The notes: generated by a model not told the origin, from the sequence alone. A stretch of DNA of 64,000 bases from Octopus bimaculoides (GCF_001194135.2 NC_068996.1:47038512-47102511), one strand, 5' to 3'. Numbered from the stretch's first letter, positions 39,389 to 52,989 are shown. A program made the numbers and translations.

Positions 39389-40625
39389 TAATAATACTAA
39401 AATTCTAGGGATGTTTGTTTGTACCAAAATATCTCAGAAGTAGTATATTTTATCTTAATTCTTTTTATTTTCATACTTACCTTCAGCAGTGCAGTACAAA
39501 TTTTTGTGGCATTTGGACCTCTATTTGTTAATGAAAATGAGTAAACAATTTTTGTTTGTTATTTCTTGAAAAAACACATGGCTTTCATGATGTCAACACA
39601 CATAGACACATACAGAATACACACACGTGTAATGAATATCGTGGTGTGTCAATCAACACAAACACACATCAGTTATCTGTGACATATACACACAGTCTTC
39701 ATGCTCTCTAAGAAAAAACAACGTCGACTTTTTGATGTACACAATTTTTTAATCATTTAGAAATATTTTTAACTGAATGTGATTTCAAATATGTAAGTTG
39801 GTTGTACAGTAAGTGTTTATATTTTAGCTTTCTTTAAACAGACAATATTTTAATGGTTTTTAAAATTATTTTTGAGTCATTAATTTCCGTAAAATTTATT
39901 TATTTATTTACTTTTGTTTTAAAGCGAAAGAGAGGAGAAAGTGAAAGATATATGTAGGTGTATATGAAATGTGTGTGTGTGTGTGAAAGAGAGAGAAAAA
40001 GTGAGAGAGGGAGAAAGGGAGAGTGAGTGAAGGGGTGTGTAGTCATGTATACGTACATACATCAATACATATGCATAAATCTTTTTTGTATGTATGTGTG
40101 CATGTGTGTGTGTGAAAGAGAGAGAGGGAAAGAGAGTGAGTGAGTGAATGTATGTGTTCTCATGTATGTATAAGTGGCACTCTCTCTCTCTGTCTTACAC
40201 ACACACACTCATGTCCATTTTTTACAGAATTTAACAAACAAAACCAGCTGATCTGGTTGACAGTTCTGAGAGGCAAAGTGAAAGATCACCCTAAGGGAAA
40301 ACCATTACAAAAATTTTTTCAAGGGCATTCAACATATCTTGGCTCCAAAAATTTGGCTGCTATTTCTAGCACGCCTTTCCACTACATGACAGCTATTTGC
40401 GATAAAGGACCCAAAATACCTATTACATGGTAGCAGGGCATGCAAGAAATAGCAGCCAAATCTTTCCTTTTTCTTGGGAAAGGAGCCATTTATGCGTGAT
40501 TTTGATGTGACATTCATTAAAAGCATGCAAAATAACCTGGAAAATAAAAAAAAAAACCCATGAAACAAAACTCCTTTGCTGGGAAACTCAGACTTTCCAG
40601 ATGACTCAATGGGTCACGGGTTGTC

Positions 40626-40662
<37 letters not shown>

Positions 40663-40861
40663 TCAAATTAAAAATTTAAAAGAGAGTTTTGACGCTGATA
40701 TCCATTATTATTGAAATTTATTCCTATGTTAACATTTCTGTATAAGGCTATATTTTACTGTCAAATTCAAGTCAAATATATAATTTACCTTACACATGTG
40801 TGTATATATACAAGTAGTGTTGTTTATATTTTATTTTCTCTCTTTGTTTCTTTCTGTGTTC

Positions 40862-40897
40862 CTTTCTGTGGAAGAGCATAGGCTCAAAACGTTAAAG
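40862..40897 (+). ncRNA. Hammerhead-like motif with variant CUGUGGA core
   Basis: CTTT CTGTGGA A GAGC ATAG GCTC AAAAC GTT AAAG (G12 lost at a CpG). Confidence 0.5.
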
Positions 40898-40980
40898 ACT
40901 TTTTCACTTCTCAAGCATTAAACTAATACATCTGTTTGTTGTCTAGACCACCTGTCTTCGTCTTTTGTTGTGAATTCTCC

Positions 40981-41036
<56 letters not shown>

Positions 41037-41639
41037 CTATCTGTTGGGACCTTTTTGTTGCATGTGTATGTGTCTGTATGTTGTGATGCATATGTTTGAC
41101 TCTCCTTAGCTCAGTAGTTACAACTGTTACTGACATACAGGTGGTGTCCTTCGTTTCCAGTCTTTCTGTATAAACATGTTGGGCATTGGCAAAATATCAT
41201 CTTACTTGGAAACAAGTGAGGTGTTGGTGATGGGAAAATCTGCATCATTGAATTCCATCTGATGCATGGAAGCTTGCAAACCTTCATATTAAAATGATGA
41301 TGATGAGGGAGAAGAAGATATAAGTATATCTATTTATTATTAGTGATGCAAACAGTATTAGTCTCAAAATAGCATTCTGCATATATCTTACCTCACTCAG
41401 ATATGTTGTTGAAAGCCACAAAACTGTAGTATTCCTCTTAAGGAAAAATGAGTGATAAAATGCACAGAAGTAAATCAGTAGCAGACGGTGATAGATTTGC
41501 TAAATCATGATTTCAAAATCATTTTTGAGAATCATCAGCAGTAAGAATCGACTTATCAGCTGCATTCTTAGGCGAATTTCTTGATTTACCAATTCCACTG
41601 CTTCTGCTGAACAATTTTGATCTACTGCTGATATACTTA

Positions 41640-42707
41640 CTCTTTTACTTGCTTCAGTCATTTGACTGCAGCCATGCTGGAGCACTACCTTTAGTCGAGC
41701 AAATCGACTCCAGGACTTATTCTTTGTAAGCCTAGTACTTAATCTATTGGCCTCTTTTGCCGAACTGGTAAGTTACGGGGACGTAAATGCACCACCACCA
41801 GTTGTCAAGTGATGTTGCGGGGGACAAGCACAGACACACAAACACATACACATACATACATACACACATACATATATATATATATATGTAAATGTATAAA
41901 AATAAAAAGATAAAGAGAGCAATGGTAAGGTTGGAGAAGTATTTTATGGATAGAGTCTTACAGCTGTTTCTGGGAAGATCCAGTACTTCCCTTCNNNNNN
42001 NNNNNNNNNNNNNNNNNNNNNNNNNNNNNNNNNNNNNNNNNNNNNNNNNNNNNNNNNNNNNNNNNNNNNNNNNNNNNNNNNNNNNNNNNNNNNNNNNNNN
42101 NNNNNNNNNNNNNNNNNNNNNNNNNNNNNNNNNNNNNNNNNNNNNNNNNNNNNNNNNNNNNNNNNNNNNNNNNNNNNNNNNNNNNNNNNNNNNNNNNNNN
42201 NNNNNNNNNNNNNNNNNNNNNNNNNNNNTTAATGGTCAGTTGATCTTACAGGATAGAGGGGATGAGCATATAGAGAGAAGGAGGAATGGGGGGATGAGGT
42301 TAAAAGGTCTAGTGAGTAGGAAGGTATGTGTGTGTGTAGTATATAGGTGGTGGGGGTATGAGTGATAAACCAAGGACAGAGATAAAGGGAGAGATGGGTG
42401 AGAAAGGTAGTTAGTAGTATCATATTCTAGAATGTAGCCAAACCTATTTATAGACGGTGGAAAGGGATTTATTCAAAAGATGATAAAAGATTAATGTTTT
42501 TGCCAGGTTGAATAGGTTGCCTGTTGGGGGTCGTGTGATTATGTTGCGTGATCGTTTGTGCAATTTTGCTTGTGATAGAACTTAAATGTGTGGAAAGAGC
42601 GGTGATTGCAGTTGCTAAACGCTTCGTTATATCGATTAAGTAGAGTGGGAGAATTGTGTACAAGTGGATTTGGTAGATGGAAACTGAAAGTAGCTTGTCG
42701 TATATAT

Positions 42708-42743
<36 letters not shown>

Positions 42744-43122
42744 ATATGTCTGTGTGTCTGTGTTTGTCCCCGCCACATCACTTGATAACCGATGTTGGTG
42801 TGTTTACATCCTGTAACCTAGTGGTTTGGCAAATGAGACCAATAGAATAAGTACTAGGCTTACAAAGAATAAGTCCTGGGGTCAATTTGCTCAACTGAAG
42901 GCAGTGCTCCAGCATGGCCACAGTTAAACGACTGAAACAAGCAAAAGAGTAAAAGAGCATATATACGACGGGCTTCTTTCAGTTTCCGTCTACCAAATCC
43001 ACTCACAAGGCTTTGCTCGGCCCGAGGCTATAGTAGAAGACACTTGCCCAAGGTGCCACACAGTGGGAATGAACCCGAACCATGTGGTTGGTAAGCAAGC
43101 TACTTACCACACAGCCACTCCC
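41640..43122 (-). mobile_element. Microsatellite-centred SINE split by ~1.1 kb of nested insertions
   Basis: Reversed tail at 41640-~41850 and reversed head at 42962-43122. Between them lie PLE-like sequence and a truncated + strand SINE (42660-42955). Confidence 0.65.
41955..41994 (-). ncRNA. Hammerhead motif, 5' core hidden in the gap
   Basis: Minus strand ...GA A GGGAAG UACUGGAU CUUCCC A GAAAC AGCU GUA AGAC. Confidence 0.55.
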
Positions 43123-43495
43123 ATGCCCAGGCTTCTTTTCGGCGCTTTATATCTACATGAGATACTTTCTCGAAACAAATGCCACAGTTTTCTGGCTTGC
43201 AGCAGTATACGCATGTGAAGTGAGACATACAGAATGATATATGTATTTATAACAGATAGAAGGGTTATGATGAAAATAAGATGCAGTTTATATTATCTTT
43301 TCCCTATGTACATTTCCCCATTGGATGTTCCAAGTGAAATTGGATGCTGAATTATGACAGATCACCAGAAGAACACTTTATTGCATTATGTTACCCAGAT
43401 CAAATAATGCTTGAAGCTGGCGCTTTAAATTCACTAATAGCACTCATACATCTAACTGTACTGACAAGACATATTAATATACATACATACATACA

Positions 43496-43529
<34 letters not shown>

Positions 43530-43531
<2 letters not shown>

Positions 43532-43759
43532 TATGGATGTGCAATGGCCCAGTGGTTAGGGCACTGGACTCGCAGTCGGAGGATCGCGGTTTCGATTCCC
43601 AGACCAGGTGTTGTGTGTGTTTATTGAGCGAAAACACCTAGAGCTCTATGAGGGTCCAGCGGGGGGTGGGGGGTGGGGGTGGCGACCACTGTTGTACTCT
43701 TTAGCCCCAGCTTTCTCTCACTCTTTCTTCCTGTTTCTTGAGTTACACTGCGATGGACT
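43530..43759 (+). mobile_element. tRNA-derived SINE head (third family; reverse copy at 50640-51030)
   Basis: A box TGGCCCAGTGG and B box GGTTTCGATTCCC, followed by non-tRNA body. Confidence 0.75.
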
Positions 43760-44391
43760 NNNNNNNNNNNNNNNNNNNNNNNNNNNNNNNNNNNNNNNNN
43801 NNNNNNNNNNNNNNNNNNNNNNNNNNNNNNNNNNNNNNNNNNNNNNNNNNNNNNNNNNNNNNNNNNNNNNNNNNNNNNNNNNNNNNNNNNNNNNNNNNNN
43901 NNNNNNNNNNNNNNNNNNNNNNNNNNNNNNNNNNNNNNNNNNNNNNNNNNNNNNNNNNNNNNNNNNNNNNNNNNNNNNNNNNNNNNNNNNNNNNNNNNNN
44001 NNNNNNNNNNNNNNNNNNNNNNNNNNNNNNNNNNNNNNNNNNNNNNNNNNNNNNNNNNNNNNNNNNNNNNNNNNNNNNNNNNNNNNNNNNNNNNNNNNNN
44101 NNNNNNNNNNNNNNNNNNNNNNNNNNNNNNNNNNNNNNNNNNNNNNNNNNNNNNNNNNNNNNNNNNNNNNNNNNNNNNNNNNNNNNNNNNNNNNNNNNNN
44201 NNNNNNNNNNNNNNNNNNNNNNNNNNNNNNNNNNNNNNNNNNNNNNNNNNNNNNNNNNNNNNNNNNNNNNNNNNNNNNNNNNNNNNNNNNNNNNNNNNNN
44301 NNNNNNNNNNNNNNNNNNNNNNNNNNNNNNNNNNNNNNNNNNNNNNNNNNNNNNNNNNNNNNNNNNNNNNNNNNNNNNNNNNNNNNNNNNN

Positions 44392-45025
44392 CCATCACGA
44401 TTTCGCTTTCGTTTGCCCCAACAGGTCTTCGCAAGCCGAGTTTCATGTCCAATGAAGGAAACGTTGGGATGGGTGCCAGTCATTGAATTTAGTTCGATTT
44501 CGATTTCACTTGCCTCAACAGGTCTTCCCAAACGGAGTTTAGTGTCCAATGAAGGAAAGGTACGCATAAGTGGGCTGGCTATACCCCTGGTAGAGGCCTT
44601 GGATTTAGGTCTCACTTGGCTTGCTGGGTCTTCTCACCCACAGCATATTTACAAAGGTCTTGGTCAGAAGTCATTGCCTCGGTGAGGCCCAATGTTCGAA
44701 GGTCGTGCTTCACCACCTCATCCCAGGTCTTCCTGGGACTACCTCTTCCACAGGTTCCCTCCACTGCTAAGGTGTAGCACTTTTTCACACAGCTGTCCTC
44801 ATCCATTGTTGCCACATGACCATACCAGTGCAAGATACTTACACTCTGTCGAGTATGCACACTGACATTACACATCCATCGGAGCATACTGGCTTCATTC
44901 CTTGTGAGCCTACGCATGTCCTCAGCAGTCACAGCCCATGTTTCACTGCCATGTAGCATGGCTGTTCGTACACATGCATCATACAGTCTGCCTTTTACTC
45001 TGAGAGGCCCCTTGTCACAAGCTTA
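44392..45025 (-). mobile_element. 5'-truncated RTE LINE, ORF end plus start of 3' UTR
   Basis: MLHGSETWAVTAEDMRRLTRNEASMLRWMCNV...GRGSPRKTWDEVVKHDLRTLGLTEAMTSDQDLCKYAV, followed by ~90-bp UTR repeats. Confidence 0.9.
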
Positions 45026-45995
45026 GCTGCGTGGAGGTGTTTGTCTCTCTTTTGTAAACATAAGGACACAGGAAATGTGTCAAGAAGCGGTGCAGCTTCC
45101 TAGGCCTAACGAACAGTAGTATTATTCCCTTCAGGGGCCTGTCACATTAAGTTGACAGCATACAACTACTTCAAATTTTATTGTGTCTAGAGAGAGTCAT
45201 TATGCCAATATTAATATCACATACACTGGATCAATTCCACTCCTTTATTATTAGTCAATTGGTTAAATATCCATTGTTTGTTAAATATCCAACTAATAAT
45301 CAATCATGGGATTGAACCAGTGCATGTGTGAATAATATTGGCATATTGACTCTCTCTGGACAACAAAATTTGATAGAAATGTTCCATCATTATTCCTTGT
45401 GCTGATATGTGGGTTGGAGAACCTGATTGTTAATCAGAAGGCATGGAAGTCCATGCACTTCCAAAGTGAACATAGGAGACTACATGAAGAGAGGAGGTAA
45501 CGTCCACTCCTATGAAAAACAATGTGCTGGAAGTGGAGGAGAATGAGTGTCCTGGATTGATGCTGTCATCCCGTTTGATGGACCATCATAAGCAAGTAAA
45601 CAAGGATTCCAAAGCAGATGACATTGCATACAGCTGTAGCAATGACATCACGTTGCAGTTGTGGGTAGTGTCATGATGACATTCTTGGACAGTTGCTGAT
45701 TATATGTGTTATGTCCTCCACTGAAGAGTTGCATGATTGTTACTTGTGGTTGCATTTGGGGATTTTAAAGTTTTCATGATATATTTTGTAGCTATCTCCT
45801 GCTCTTGAATTTCAAAAGCACAGCCTTTGAAATATGATGTAACGGTCATGAGTCCAAGAGAGGCTATACTTTATGGTGTTTTGGAACTACATTGTTACAA
45901 AGTCAATTTTTAACTGCACAGTTCTGCTTGTGCCTATCACACATGATTTTCAAGTCTAAGTCTTCAGAATGTTTATTGTGGATCTGGCACATATG

Positions 45996-46885
45996 CAAGG
46001 TAGTATCAAAAAGTCCCCCGGACTAGTTCTGTAGCATGCCAACAGATGGCAGCACACAGTTGCATGTGCAGTGATAGCTAGCAGTGACTTTCATGAAGCA
46101 GTGTGCCGAGTGATGTCACTACATTTACTTTGCAAGTTGTGAAATTTGTGTTTTTGTGATCATGTGTATGGTGTAGTCTGCAATTTAGTCATGGACAGGA
46201 AATTGGAACAAAGAGCCAGCATGAAATTTTGCGTTAAACTCAACAAGTTTGCTATAGAGACATTGAGCATGCTTTGGCAAGCTTATGGTGATGAGGCAAC
46301 GGGTCATACACAACATTTTGAGTGGCATAGGTCCCTCAAAAGTGAAAGGACATACCTGAAAGACAATGAGTAATCTGTAAAACCTGCCTTGGATGTCGCC
46401 CCCAGAATTGTGGTATTGTGTCATGAGAAATTGTCTCCCAGGGCCAGACCATCAGTCAAGAGTTCTACTGTGACATTTTGAAGCATTTGAGGGAGGACAT
46501 TTGGTGGAAGCAACCAGATCTGAGGAGCATGTAGAATTGGATGCTTCATGATGACAATGCACCCAGTCACCAAACTCTCCTCAATCGTGAGTTTCTCACT
46601 AAAAACAATGTGCTATCACTTCCACAGCTGCTCTATTCACCAGATTTAGCACCTACAGACTTCCATCTCTTCCTCAAGATGAAAATGCAGCTAAAATGTT
46701 GCTGATTTAATACCATTGTTGAGATCCAGATCGGAAAAGCCTTCCAGGCTGGATTCCCAAAGTGGAAGGAATACTGGGGCTGGTGCAAGGTGACTATTTC
46801 GAAGGAGAGGATGTTAAAACTTAGGTAAAGAAGTTATTCTTTTTATTAAATATAACTAATCTAGGAACTTTTTGATATCACCTTG
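45996..46885 (+). mobile_element. Internally deleted mariner (DD34D) element
   Basis: TIRs caaggtagtatcaaaaagtcc / ggaactttttgatatcaccttg|TA. MDRKLEQRASMKFCVKL at the start, then HDDNAPSH and YSPDLAPTDF. Confidence 0.88.
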
Positions 46886-47258
46886 TATATTTTGGAGATG
46901 TATTGGTCTATATTTTCACTGGTACAATATAAAACTAAAATATATAGCCTCATTGAACTTGGAAATTTTTCATGGTTTTTCATGGTTTTCATTTGTTTTG
47001 CCATAAAAGAAGAGCTGTTTCCAACTTAGACATAAACATATGCATAAGTGCATACATATATACATACTCACATACATACATACATACATACATACGTACA
47101 TACAAAGATATGCATACATGTTCATACAACACAAGATATACACATATTTGTGTAATACGAAGGATATGTGTATATGTGAAAGAGAGAGAGAGAGAGAGAT
47201 AGTGTGTGTGTATGTGCGTGTGTGTGGGTGTGGGTGTGTGTGTGTGTATGTGTGTGTA

Positions 47259-47330
<72 letters not shown>

Positions 47331-47852
47331 TGTGTGTTTCTTGCTTTTACTGATATATGGAAATGAAACTTTTTATTCACATTATTTTTCAAATAGTGTT
47401 TCTGGAAAAATTTTATATGCTTTGGCAAAAAAAAAAAAAAAAAAATACATACATGAAAGAAAAAAAATTCCAGCAAAAATGTCTTTTTTTAAAAAAATTC
47501 TTAAAAGAAATATTATGTTTAATAACATATTCTTTGTAAAAATAAAGATAAAATACCATTCTGAAATCGAATAAAATAAAATAAAATAAGCAAAAAATAA
47601 ATTAATAATAATAATGATGATAAAAAAATGGCAACAATCAACATTTTGGTTAGGAATATAAAATTTAATGCTTCTTCAGAAAATTCATTTCTTTCTTCAT
47701 TTTTTCGTTATTTTGCTTCATGATATCTTATAAAAAACAAAAAATTGATTTTTGTATGGATATTAAAATTTTTGCTGTACCATTTTTTTTTCTGTTATTA
47801 AATGTATCCAACATGCTGTGGATTCTATATTTTATTATTTCATTCATTGTAG

Positions 47853-48034
47853 GACACAACATTACGTCAGTTCATTCTTACAAATCTGGTCGAGAAAGAA
47901 GGAACGGTACAGTGGCGCCTAAATCTTGATGCCATTATTACAGATTTCAAAGAGATCATGGCTTTTCCAGAGTGTGGCAATAGTTATCAGGGACCAACTC
48001 TGTTTTTAGGCGGACAAAACTCTAATTACATTGG
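47853..48034 (+). CDS. ABHD11: Next internal coding exon of ABHD11 (DTTLRQFILTNLVEKEGTVQWRLNLDAIITDFKEIMAFPECGNSYQGPTLFLGGQNSNYI-G)
   Basis: Acceptor tttcattcattgtAG (47851-47852) and donor GTatgt (48035). 182 nt, phase 0/2. Motifs RQFILTNL, WRLNLDAI and GPTLFLGG-NS match ABHD11/YbfF (RQHLLTNL, WRVNLDAL, GPTLFLLGGNS). Missed by the ORF track. Confidence 0.93.
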
Positions 48035-48134
48035 GTATGTTATCATTGATTTTTTTTTTTTTTTTTTTTTGGGATGCATTATAGTTTTAAATTATTGATT
48101 TGCGGCTGACAAGTTCATTCTGACATTTCGTTAT

Positions 48135-48588
48135 CGAAATCCCCTTTCCCATCCTCCACCACCTCCCCAACACCACCACCTCCCCAACACCACCACCACA
48201 ATGTCTACCATGACCTCTACCACCAACAATGACACTGCTACTGCCGCCATCACCGTCTTCACCACCACCATCATGTCCACTACCACCACCATCACCACCA
48301 TTGTCATCACCATCATCATAATCATCATTATCACCGTCATTTTGTTGTTGTCATCATTGCTGTGGTCATCATTGCTGTTGTGGTTGCCCTCCTCCTCCTC
48401 CTCGTTGTCATCACCACCATCACCACCACTACCTCTGCTGCCATCACCACCATTACAATTGACAGCATAACCACCACCACCACCACCTCCACCACCATCA
48501 CCACCACAGCCATCACCATCACCATCACCACCACCATCATCATAACCATCACCGTCATCACAACCATCACCACTACTACTACTACTTA

Positions 48589-48621
<33 letters not shown>

Positions 48622-48815
48622 TACTGCTGCTACTGCTACTGCTGCTGCTACTACTTCTACCACTACCCCACCCCACTACTCTCAACACCATCTTAACTAC
48701 CACCATCATCACCACCACCACCACCATCACCAACATAACCACTATTACAACCTCTACTACTACTGTTGCTGCTTTTACTACTACTACTACCAACACCAAC
48801 ACCACCAGCATCACA

Positions 48816-48859
<44 letters not shown>

Positions 48860-48990
48860 CAGCACCACTACTACCACCACCAGCACCACAACTACCACCA
48901 CCACCACGAACAACAACAGCAGCAGCACTACCACAACCACTACTACCAACAGCACTACCACCACCTCCACCACCATGATAACTACCACCG
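48135..48990. repeat. ~850-bp mosaic of CAC/CAT/TAC/TGC triplet microsatellites
   Basis: Direct reading; starts ~100 bp after the ABHD11 donor site. Confidence 0.9.
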
Positions 48991-49497
48991 TAATTGGTGT
49001 TCCTTTTGCTCCTACTGTTGTTTGCTGCAGGTGGTCTCATTCCACAGAACTCCATCCTCTCAAGAGATATTTCTTTTTTTTTCCTAGGATTATTTCATAC
49101 AAAAAAAAAAAAAACTAACAAACAAAACAAAAGAAAAAAACAGAGCAAAAAGGGTATAATTTTTGTTTTTATTCATTTCATCAACAAAGGATTTCAGAAT
49201 ATTTAAACATCCACTCCATTATCTCCTTGTGTAGAAAAGAAAGCTCGTCTAAACATTTGTTTTAACTGCGTGTAATATTCTTGCATGGCAGCCATTCTTG
49301 TTATTTATTCATGATCCAAAATGGTTACAAATGTGTTTGCAGGAAGGGTTACTAACTGTAATTGAGGTGGCAGCAAATAAAACCCTTCCAAAGTTTTGAA
49401 AGCATGAAGTCTGATTGAAAGCAAGAAAAAGAAAAAGGAAATAAATGATGATATGCCAATTTGTGAAGTGTTCCTTTTTTTTTTGTCATAAGTGCAG

Positions 49498-50160
49498 CGG
49501 GCATGGCTGTGTGGTGAAGAAACTTGCTTCCCAACCATGAAATCTTGGGTTCAGTTCCTCTTGGGTGCAGTGCCTCAGGCATGTGTCTTTTCCTATGACC
49601 CCAGGCTGACCAAAGCCACGAGAGTGTATCTGGCAGACAGAAACTGAAAGAGGCCTGTCATATATAAAGGACTCCCTTCGGTCATGACTGACCATGGGAT
49701 TGCACCTAGAAAGTTACCCTCCGAGGCACAAGTCTGGGTAAGGTTGTTTATGGAAGACCAGCAGTCTCCCATGCATACCAGCCTCCCCTCTCCATGATAC
49801 TGATGTTATCCAAGGGAAAGGCAAAGGGGGCCGATACAGCTTGGCACCAGTGACGTCGCAACTCATTTCTACAGATGAGTAAACTGGAACATGTAATAAA
49901 GTGTCTTGCTCAAGAACACAACACACAGCCCTGTCTGGGAATCAAACTCATTCCCTATTTATAGTAAATATATATTTGTGTGTGTGTGTGTGTGTGCAAG
50001 TGTGCATGCGTGTGTGTTTGTGTTTGTCTCCCATTCTTGTTTCACAACCAGTGTTGGTTTGATACACAGCCTGTAGTGTTACAGTTTGGAAAAAGTGACC
50101 AATTGTGAAAGTACCAGGCTTACTAAGTCTTTCAGGGCTGTGCCCCAGCATGGCCACTGT
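49498..50160 (+). mobile_element. Microsatellite-centred SINE with an opposite-strand SINE nested in its centre (~49675-49950)
   Basis: Head 49498-~49660. Insert reads on the minus strand as gtttgattcccagac...gttcttgagcaagacactttat. Tail ~50015-50160. Confidence 0.75.
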
Positions 50161-50408
50161 TCAAAGAAAAAAAAAAAAAGGCAATGTGTAAACCAAACAG
50201 TTACAATAAACACAAGCGCTTAACACAACTGACATGGAGGTTGGTTCTGTATATCAAGCTCATCATTATCTTTACTCCAAATGTATTCTTCATCTTTATA
50301 TTCCTCTAATCTTTCCATGTATGGAAAACTGCTGTCATATTCAGATTGGTGCTCCTGCTGGTCTTCTTTCTCTTGTTAACCAAATTAAAAAATGAATTTC
50401 TAATATTA

Positions 50409-50593
50409 TTAACCCTTTTGAGACTGCCCTTAACTCTGTGATCTGAACTTTCTGTTTTAAAATGATCTAAATTAAAACCTTCAATCAAAATTCTATAATG
50501 ATGAAGTTATTTTATCGAATTCTTCATTATTTTCAAAATTAATTGAAACAAAGCCAGTGTATTTCAACAGAAATATGGTAAGAAAAGGGTTGA
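50409..50593. mobile_element. TTAA-type MITE (family of the first unit at 15791)
   Basis: TTAACCCTTTT ... GAAAAGGGTTGA. Its right part is the reverse complement of 15791-15870. Confidence 0.7.
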
Positions 50594-52783
50594 TTATTTT
50601 TTTGCAACCGTGAATCTCGAAGCAGATGATAGAGAGCTATTTGTTGTTGGCACTCCGTCGCTTACGACGTCGAGGGTTCCAATTGATCCGATCAACTGAA
50701 CAGCCTGCTCATGAAATTAACGTGCAAGTGGCTGAGCACTCCACTGACACGTGTACCCTTAACATAGTTCTCGGGGATATTCAGCATGACACAGTGTGAC
50801 AAGGCTGACCCTTTGAATTACAGGCACAACAGAAACAGGAAGTAAGAGTGAGAGAGAAAGTTGTGGTGGAAGAGTACAGCAGGGTTCGCCACCATCCCCT
50901 GCCGGAGCTTCGTGGAGCTTTAGGTGTTTTCACTCAATAAACACTCACAACGCCCTGTCTGAGAATTGAAACCACGATCCTATGACCGCGAGTCTGCTGC
51001 ACTAACCACTGGGCCATTGCGCCTCCACAGAGAGCTATAAATAATAGAATATAAATATTGGGCTGAAAACCCCTTTTGGATAGAAAAGTCAAAGGCTGCT
51101 TGAGTAGGATTTGAACTCACATCTCTTGTCAACATCTATTATTTAAAACTGTGTATGTGTGCTTCAAGATACACTATTCCCCCACTCCCACCTCCAAAAG
51201 AATTATTTCTTGTTTTCTTGGAAGTTTATAAAATTCTTGTGATGTTAACATTAATCCTCTTGTCAGTTAAACTCCAACATTTCTCTTATATTTGGGACAT
51301 TCTTTCTTTATCTTCATTCTATAAACACTTCCATGGTTCTTGATTTGCCAAACTTTCTCTTCTAGTACTTTCTCTCAATCTTTCTGTTAATTCTTGTCTT
51401 TTCATTGTTCTTGTCCACTCTTTGGTGGTGCATATTCTTGAGCATCTGTTATATGGAACAATCTCTCTTGCTTTCCAGATTAAATATAATCTTAATTCTT
51501 TTAAATTTTGCATTGATCGATCAGTTTATGATTTTTAAGGTGGCTTTTCATTGGATTATTTTTTTTTTAATATTCTTTATTTCTTTTTCTTTTATAACAC
51601 TCAACACACTAAGTGGTTGCTTAATGCCTGTTTTATTGCTGGTTGTTTGCAAATGAGAATTGCAAATCTGTGACAGGAGTAAAATTAGAATATGAATAGC
51701 ACAAACATAAATGAAGTGGTGGAAAAAACAAGCTTAAATTACAATAAAAAAAAAACAGCATCAGCAATAACAACAAGAGCAGCATTTCATCTTTTGCTAG
51801 TATGGTGGGGTCAGTGGATGAGGGGACAGTCTTGAAATGAGCTTGTTTCATGGAAGACATATGCCACAAAAAATTATTGTTTCTCTGCCTAAGGATTTTA
51901 CCCAAGAAAAATCATGGAAGAAATGTAATTCTATTTTTCAAAATATGGAGCAAGTTTTCATATGTCCTCAAAAGATGAGTTGGAGAAAGCCCTTGTTTTT
52001 ATATGGAAATATGTGTCTATCATTTAAGTAAAGTCTGTGCATGTGGCATGAAGACAGGTAGAGTTCATATGCTACATGTTTTTCCTCAGAATGATGCCAC
52101 AGTTTATGATAAAAAAAAACAACCCCAATGGTCAGGGTATGATGCATTGGTATAAACACTGATTTGTGGTCACTTTAGCCATGTGACCCCCACTATAGGG
52201 TAGGTTGTGAGTGTGGTGAGGATCTGCAACAACATGTAGATGAATGGGGTCTGCATGGACTTTCAGATCTTTATAAAAGCTGAAGACTATAAAGATACCC
52301 TGGATTCATGTTCCATTGATGGGTGTAAAGAAGAAGCTGATGAGAATGGTAGGTTGGAGCAGAAAACCTAGTTGCTACATGTGCACACATGTTGTAGTAA
52401 AGACTTCTTGAGAGTTTTCTATGCAGAAGAAGGAAAAAAAAAGTAAAAGAGCAGACAGCAGAAGTTTTGACAACAGTAGGCCCCTGAGGTTGTTGCTGGT
52501 GTTATTTGCTACCCACTTTCTTTCTTTTTGTTTGGTTTTGTTTTTCTTTTTCTCACAAGATAATCCTAATGGATCCACCACCACCACCACCACCACTACC
52601 TTCAACAGACCATCTTTTGCTCACATGGTGAGCTAGAGGAAGATCTTGATATAAACCAATTCCTTGGAAGCAGCGTATCGCAAAAAGAAAACGTCACTTT
52701 TAGTTTTTATTCTGTTCCTCTTATATTTAGTTTTTGTATTTGGTTTGCAAGATTTTTTATGTGATTTCTTGTGTTGAAGCATA

Positions 52784-52974
52784 TTCTGTTGTGTCTGGGG
52801 AGAGTCATCTTCTTATTGTGCCTTGAAATTTAACACACTCACCGGTAAAATTTCCACTTATTTCTTATTTTTATTTTCCTAAAATTTTCGTTGCGTCTTG
52901 CAACCTTTTCAATAGTCAAGTGTGTTAAATTTTAAGGCACAATAAGAAAATGACTCTCCCCAGACACAACAGAA
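52784..52974. repeat. 56-bp inverted repeat (2 mismatches) with a 79-nt spacer holding a decayed hammerhead-like motif
   Basis: Arms 52784-52839 and 52919-52974. On the minus strand the spacer reads UUGAAAA G GUUGC AAGAC GCAAC GAAA AUUU UA. Confidence 0.85.
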
Positions 52975-52989
52975 CTCTTATATTTATTT

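Noticed and set aside
39385-40100. Possible Helitron-like element (TC start, gtttgtttgt)
   Set aside because: No convincing 3' hairpin plus CTAG end identified.
43530-43610. tRNA-like sequence with A and B boxes (also other SINE heads)
   Set aside because: No complete cloverleaf or acceptor stem; continues into a repeated SINE body.
51150-52450. Further LINE-like decayed coding sequence
   Set aside because: Only vague resemblance; cannot assign a clade or boundaries without a search.
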